Below, one piece after another: positions 58,880 to 64,000 of a stretch of 64,000 nucleotides of DNA. The translations under genes and the position numbers were made by a program. Position 1 is the first letter of the stretch. Every line of letters begins with the position of its first letter. This DNA is from Eledone cirrhosa (lineage: Eukaryota): NCBI GenBank assembly GCA_964016885.1, contig OZ024741.1, positions 337,404,001 to 337,468,000 on the forward strand, written 5' to 3'. The notes under the pieces are model-generated. The model searched no databases. It worked only from the letters and a program-made list of their open reading frames with translations, and had not been told where the DNA came from.

Positions 58880-58994
58880 TCTTTCTGATAAAATGCAGTA
58901 TTTAACGTATTGCTAGAGAATGGGCATAATAATAGTATTAATATGCAACCAACGCTTGTAGACTTATATACTGTATTGAAACATGTGTTAAAGA
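58880..58994 (+). ncRNA. Type I hammerhead ribozyme with one core mutation
   Basis: TCTTT-CTGATaA-AATGCAGTAT..ATACTGTATT-GAAA-CATGTG-TT-AAAGA; downstream arm 58999-59067 inverted at 58731-58797. Confidence 0.72.
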
Positions 58995-59066
58995 ATGAAC
59001 TTTTGATAAAATTCTTCATTTCTTTTATATACTTCATGCCTAGTGTTTGCTTTTCCTATACATTTT

Positions 59067-59068
<2 letters not shown>

Positions 59069-59097
<29 letters not shown>

Positions 59098-59652
59098 GTT
59101 TAACGTCTATCTTCCACGCTAGCATGGGTTTAGACGGGAATTGTCCCACTTGGGGCAAGATTGATTGTCTTGCTCGTGTAGGACTGTCTGGCAGGTTTTC
59201 TACGGCTGGATGCCCTTCCTAACACTAACCACGTTTACAGTGTGGACTGGGAGGTTTTTACCGTGTTACCTACACGACCTCATTTATTTAGGACTGGATG
59301 TTGTGGTACCAACATAACTTTACATCGAAAGGGGTGGTGTAGATGTGGGTGGGGGTAGAGGTAGTGGGACGGGGGTGTATTTTGGTTAAGAGGTGCCTAC
59401 TGGCTGTAGGTTTCGCTTTGTACTTAGGCAAGGCGGGTCTTCTGTATTACTGCGTAGCGCCAAAGATCTCAGTCCAGTGACATTGTCTTGGAGAGGTGTA
59501 AATGTGTAAGGTCGGAATATATCAAGTCGTCCCTGGTTTTTCTGGGTCTGCCAACTCCGTACCTACCGTCTATTTTGATCGCCCTGCACTTTTTTATACA
59601 GCTGTCGTCTTTCATGCACATCACGTGACCATACCAACGTAGTCTTCTCTCT
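59069..59652 (-). mobile_element. 5'-truncated RTE LINE with extended 3' UTR
   Basis: Same subfamily as 17633 and 19733. Confidence 0.87.
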
Positions 59653-60016
59653 TCTTTAATATATATATATATAAGGTCGTTTTTGAAATGAAAGCCTCTA
59701 CAATGCAGGTGGACAAATCTCTGGGTACCATAATCAGGTGGTGGTAGGAAGAAAGGGGCTAAAAGAGAAAGGAAGGAAATAGGAAAAAGAAATTTAAATG
59801 AAAGGAAAACCAGAGATGAAGCTGGAATCGATTTATTAGTCTCTATATTTCAGATTTCTCATCCATCATCAGGGGTGTCTGAAGAAACTTCGGAGATTGT
59901 CGGAGAGGAAACTATGTATGTTGCTAGTGTCAGTGTCAGACTGAGTGAAATAAGCCAAAGAATATTCCCTATACATACATATATATATATATGTATATGT
60001 ATCATATCTATCTATC

Positions 60017-60147
<131 letters not shown>

Positions 60148-60354
60148 GTAAAATGAATAAATAACGGGTTTTAATTACATTATTTAATAGATTTACATGT
60201 GCATGTATATATATGTGTGTGTATATATATATATATATGTATATACATATATATATATACACGTATATATATATGCATGTATATGTATGCGTATACATTT
60301 TTTATATTATATATATATACGTGTATATGTATGTGTGTGTATATATATATATAC

Positions 60355-61088
60355 GTATGAGAAATACGTATGCAGTAGATGTACAGGGAAATTAGACAGT
60401 AGAAGTCGCATTGATAGACACATTTTTCAAATGCAAGTGGGCACTATAGAAGTGGTGGATAACTTCCGGTACCTAGGAGATCAGATTAGCATGGGGTGGG
60501 GGTGTTCCGAGGCCATAGTATCTAGAATAAGAACGGGTTGGAAGAAGTTTAGGGAGCTTCTTCCTCTGCTGACTAAGAAGGGTTTCTCCCTGCGTACGAA
60601 AGGCCGGTTATATGATGCCTGTGTGAGGAGCGCGATGCTGCATGGTAGTGAGACTTGGGCAGCAACTGTAGAGGATATGCGACGGCTGGAGAGAAATGAG
60701 GCAAGCATGCTCCGTTGGATGTGCAGTGTCAATGTGCGTGAACGACCCAGCATGGATGTGTTGAGTGAGAAACTCTGTCTGAGAGGGATAGAATGTAGTG
60801 TGCGAGAGAGGAGACTGCGGTGGTATGGACATGTGATGCACATGGAGGATGACTGATGGGTGAAGAAGTGCCAAGAAATGCCAGTTGAAGGATGACGTGG
60901 TAGAGGTAGACCACGAAAAACATGGGCTGAGGTGGTGAGAGCAGACCTCGGATCGCTGGGGCTTGACGATCGGTGGAGAGAACGAAGGACCGTGCCAAGT
61001 GGAAAGATTCTGTGCTGAATAAGACCCGTCCCATCCTTGCAAGCAGGGAAAAGCGGACGTAAAATGATGATGATGATGATGATGATGA
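60355..61088 (+). mobile_element. 5'-truncated RTE LINE (subfamily of 5659-8880)
   Basis: [20 protein letters not shown]; (GAT)n tail. Confidence 0.9.
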
Positions 61089-61569
61089 TATATATAGATA
61101 TACAGAATGTATAATCAATCTCTCCCCATCCACCCAGCCACAAAATGCGAATTCTTTTTTTCCCAAACTATAAGTTATAAAAGTGATTGTTCTATCATCA
61201 TATGTAAAGTGTGAAATGTAGATAAGACTTTTATTGTCACCATGACTCATTCCCCTCCCCCTCTCCATTCTCTTTAAATCTACATTGATACTTTGAGCAG
61301 AGCAAAATGTGACTCTCTTACTCTGTCTCTATCTATATTTTATAACTATCATACTCATACACATATACCTTTATACATACGTACATACATATACACACAC
61401 ATACTCATATACCTTTATACATGCATACATACATATACACATACATACATACAAACATACATACATACATATATATATATATACACATATATACATACAT
61501 ACATCCACATACATACATACATCCGCATGCACATATACACACATATGTACACACATACATACACACGTA

Positions 61570-61698
61570 CCTATTGGGGATTTCGATTGTTAAATTTGTT
61601 TGTTTTAATAATATTTTTACACGACTGTATGTAAAATCCCCGGCATGTGTCTTTGTATTGTCGCCTTTTCTTGTGCGCCCTTGTGGCAAATAAAGAAA
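61570..61698 (+). mobile_element. Probable LINE (Tx1/L1-like) 3' UTR
   Basis: T-rich UTR ending GGCAAATAAAGAAA directly followed by (TATC)n. Confidence 0.45.
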
Positions 61699-61719
61699 TA
61701 TATCTATCCGTCTATCTAC

Positions 61720-61770
<51 letters not shown>
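61699..61770. repeat. (TATC)n microsatellite
   Basis: Directly visible. Confidence 0.95.
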
Positions 61771-61771
61771 A

Positions 61772-64000
61772 AAGGATAAACTCTATGGGAGTTTATCCAT
61801 ATTGATGAAAGACGAATTGGCGGCAAAAAAATACTCTGTGTCGCCAATTCGGTCCACACACTACACCTTCTTCCCCACCTACATGGGTAAAAAAACCCAG
61901 AGGATATGGATAACCACCATCACCCCAAACATAAACTACTGGTGGTTACTAACCGGTTTCCTCAATTTAGACGAGGACAACCTCATCTCAATAGGGAAGG
62001 CATCCGGCGACGCGTTCAGTGGAACGAGCCTCGAAGTTCTGACCCAAATAAGGCCAGAACGCATCGCCCAAATCCCTGAGCGCGTCATGCTGGATGACCG
62101 TACCCACCTCAACATTATTGTGGAGGGTAGGCGTCCCTCCTGTTACCTCTGTGGCAATAGAGGTCACCTGAGGGCTGCCTGTCCCCAGCTCACACAGAAA
62201 AAAACACTGCTACCAACACCACCCCAACTACAACAACAAAAACAACCACAACAACAACAAAAACCAACAACCCCACCACCACCACCACCACAACAACAAC
62301 AACAAACACGTGAAAAAATAACACAGAATACTGTCCCACCCAATCCCTCCCCACCCAAAGCAAATACAAAAACACGCACACCGCAAACACTACCAGAAAA
62401 CATACCCCTCCCACCCAACAAGGAAGACGAACCTCTTTCGTCGCAAGACGAAAAAGATCCCTTCCAACAAGTAAAAAGAAAGAAGAGGAGACGCACCACA
62501 GACACACATGTTAACTTTAACCCCCCCCAAGAGAACACAAACTACACACAAACCACCCCTCCCTGTCACACAACACTAACTGCTACACAAAAAAAGACCT
62601 TACAATACACATACATGAACACAGACAACAAAGAATTACGGAAAACAATTTCAGCAAACCCTTCGGTCCAAACTGAAGGGCCAAACTTTATAACTGCTGT
62701 GGGACTACCTCATTTGAAAATGATAAAAGTCCCAATGCACTTGTACAAAACACTGAAAATAAATTTCACGGAGGACGTGGGCCCCCCCTGCGCCAAACCA
62801 ATCAACCGAGTCCTCCTAAAAAATTTCAGCAGCATGCGACAGCTAGCCCCCACCTTTGACGACTTTGAGATGCACGCATCTCTCTGTCAGCCCGGAGGTG
62901 GGGGTGGGGTTGTCGTTCTGCTGCAAAAACATATGGGCCTTGCAACACAGATAGTTCACTTGGACCCAGGGGGTCGACTGGTGGTGCTGGACCTTGGCAG
63001 TGGTGAAGGTAGAGCCCTTAGGCTGATAGCCGCATATGCCCCTTTTGGGACAGAGCGGCCCGACTTTTTCCAGCGTCTGGAGTCTTTTCTAGGGACGTCC
63101 CGTTCCCTGCTTTTAGTGGGGGATTGGAATGGTATCCTGGATGCACGTTGGGACTATGCAGGGGCATGTCCCGATAGAGAGGGGTGCAACAGCCTCAAGG
63201 GGTTACTCGGCCGATTTGACCTGGCCGATAGATTTCGACTAGATTTTCCGACGGTGCCAACCTGGTCTTGGTCAAATCGCAGCGGATCATCTAGATCGTA
63301 CCTAGATAGATTTTTAGTTAGAAATAAGGACAGGGACTTTTTAAGTTGTCCAGAAATGCTCATGGTTGGCTATTCAGACCACAAGTTGGTGACCTGCATG
63401 GTCAACCTTGATAGAACGCATAGACAGGGCCCCGGTTACTGGAAGCTCAACTTGTCCTTGCCGGCAAGTAGAGCCTACAGGAATCGGATTAGTACGTTAG
63501 TTAAGGAACGGTTGACTGGAGCGATCGTCAACAGCAGGTGGTGGGTATCTCTAAAGAGAGAGATTAGAGTAGTCTCGATTGAATTTAGTAAGGTTCTAGC
63601 TGCGGATAGGAATAGGAAGGAAAGGGAGCTAATAGATAGAGTAGAAGAGGCAATTAGAAGCGGCGACGTGGCCAGAGTGCTAGCGTCGAGAACGGCTTTG
63701 AGCCAGTTTTTCGACGCGAAGCACGAAGGCTGCGTTGTCCGAAGTAAAATACGTGCTCTAGGGAACGAGGGGGCCAAAGCTGTTAGCTGGGCCCGCGTGA
63801 CAGAGGCCAACAGTGGAACTAAATCCACCATCCGGTCTTTGCGAGACCTGGATGGACGGGCGATTCTTGAGCCTAAGCAGATGTGTGAGGCCTTTCAAAG
63901 GCACTTTGCCCGACTGTTCGGGAGGGGCGGGGAGCCGGTTGGAAACGTGGACTTCGGTCCATACCTCGACGGCCTGCCGCGCCTCTCGGACAGGGAGGCG
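61772..64000 (+). CDS. Tx1/L1-clade LINE polyprotein: ORF1 zinc knuckle fused in frame to ORF2 endonuclease, open to window end
   Basis: Manually translated single frame: CYLCGNRGHLRAAC (62141), P/Q/T-rich linker, DPGGRLVVLD, AYAP, VGDWN, SYLDRF, YSDHK, GPGYWKLN, LPRLS; no stop found. Confidence 0.85.

Noticed and set aside
59838-59925. HHR-like cores on both strands (CTGATGA..GAAA and CTGAAGA..GAAAC)
   Set aside because: Stem I does not pair and the cleavage triplet is unclear

Overview
Eukaryotic, AT-rich, microsatellite-saturated DNA with no recognisable host protein-coding gene. The repeat inventory (RTE LINEs with (CAT)n tails, tRNA-CORE SINEs, long (TA)n, (GA)n and (GTG)n tracts) suggests a mollusc, probably an octopod cephalopod (inference). 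Mobile elements found: a Penelope-like GIY-YIG fragment, a complete Merlin element (9-bp TSD, open ORF), about 11 RTE copies, a CRE-clade fragment, two non-autonomous Helitrons, a Chapaev3 element (TAA TSD), a CR1-group LINE, a DD34D mariner whose 102-bp TIRs overlap its ORF, and a Tx1/L1 element with an in-frame ORF1-ORF2 fusion next to a (TATC)n tract. The main signal is absent from the ORF track: about 17 type I hammerhead ribozyme (HHR) motifs, intact or decayed, from a dozen or more unrelated sequence families. Several sit in 320-500 nt tandem or inverted units resembling non-LTR retrozymes or Penelope pseudo-LTRs. One further family is always broken or folded back inside HHR stem II. All calls were made by eye; ribozyme activity is untested and boundaries are approximate.
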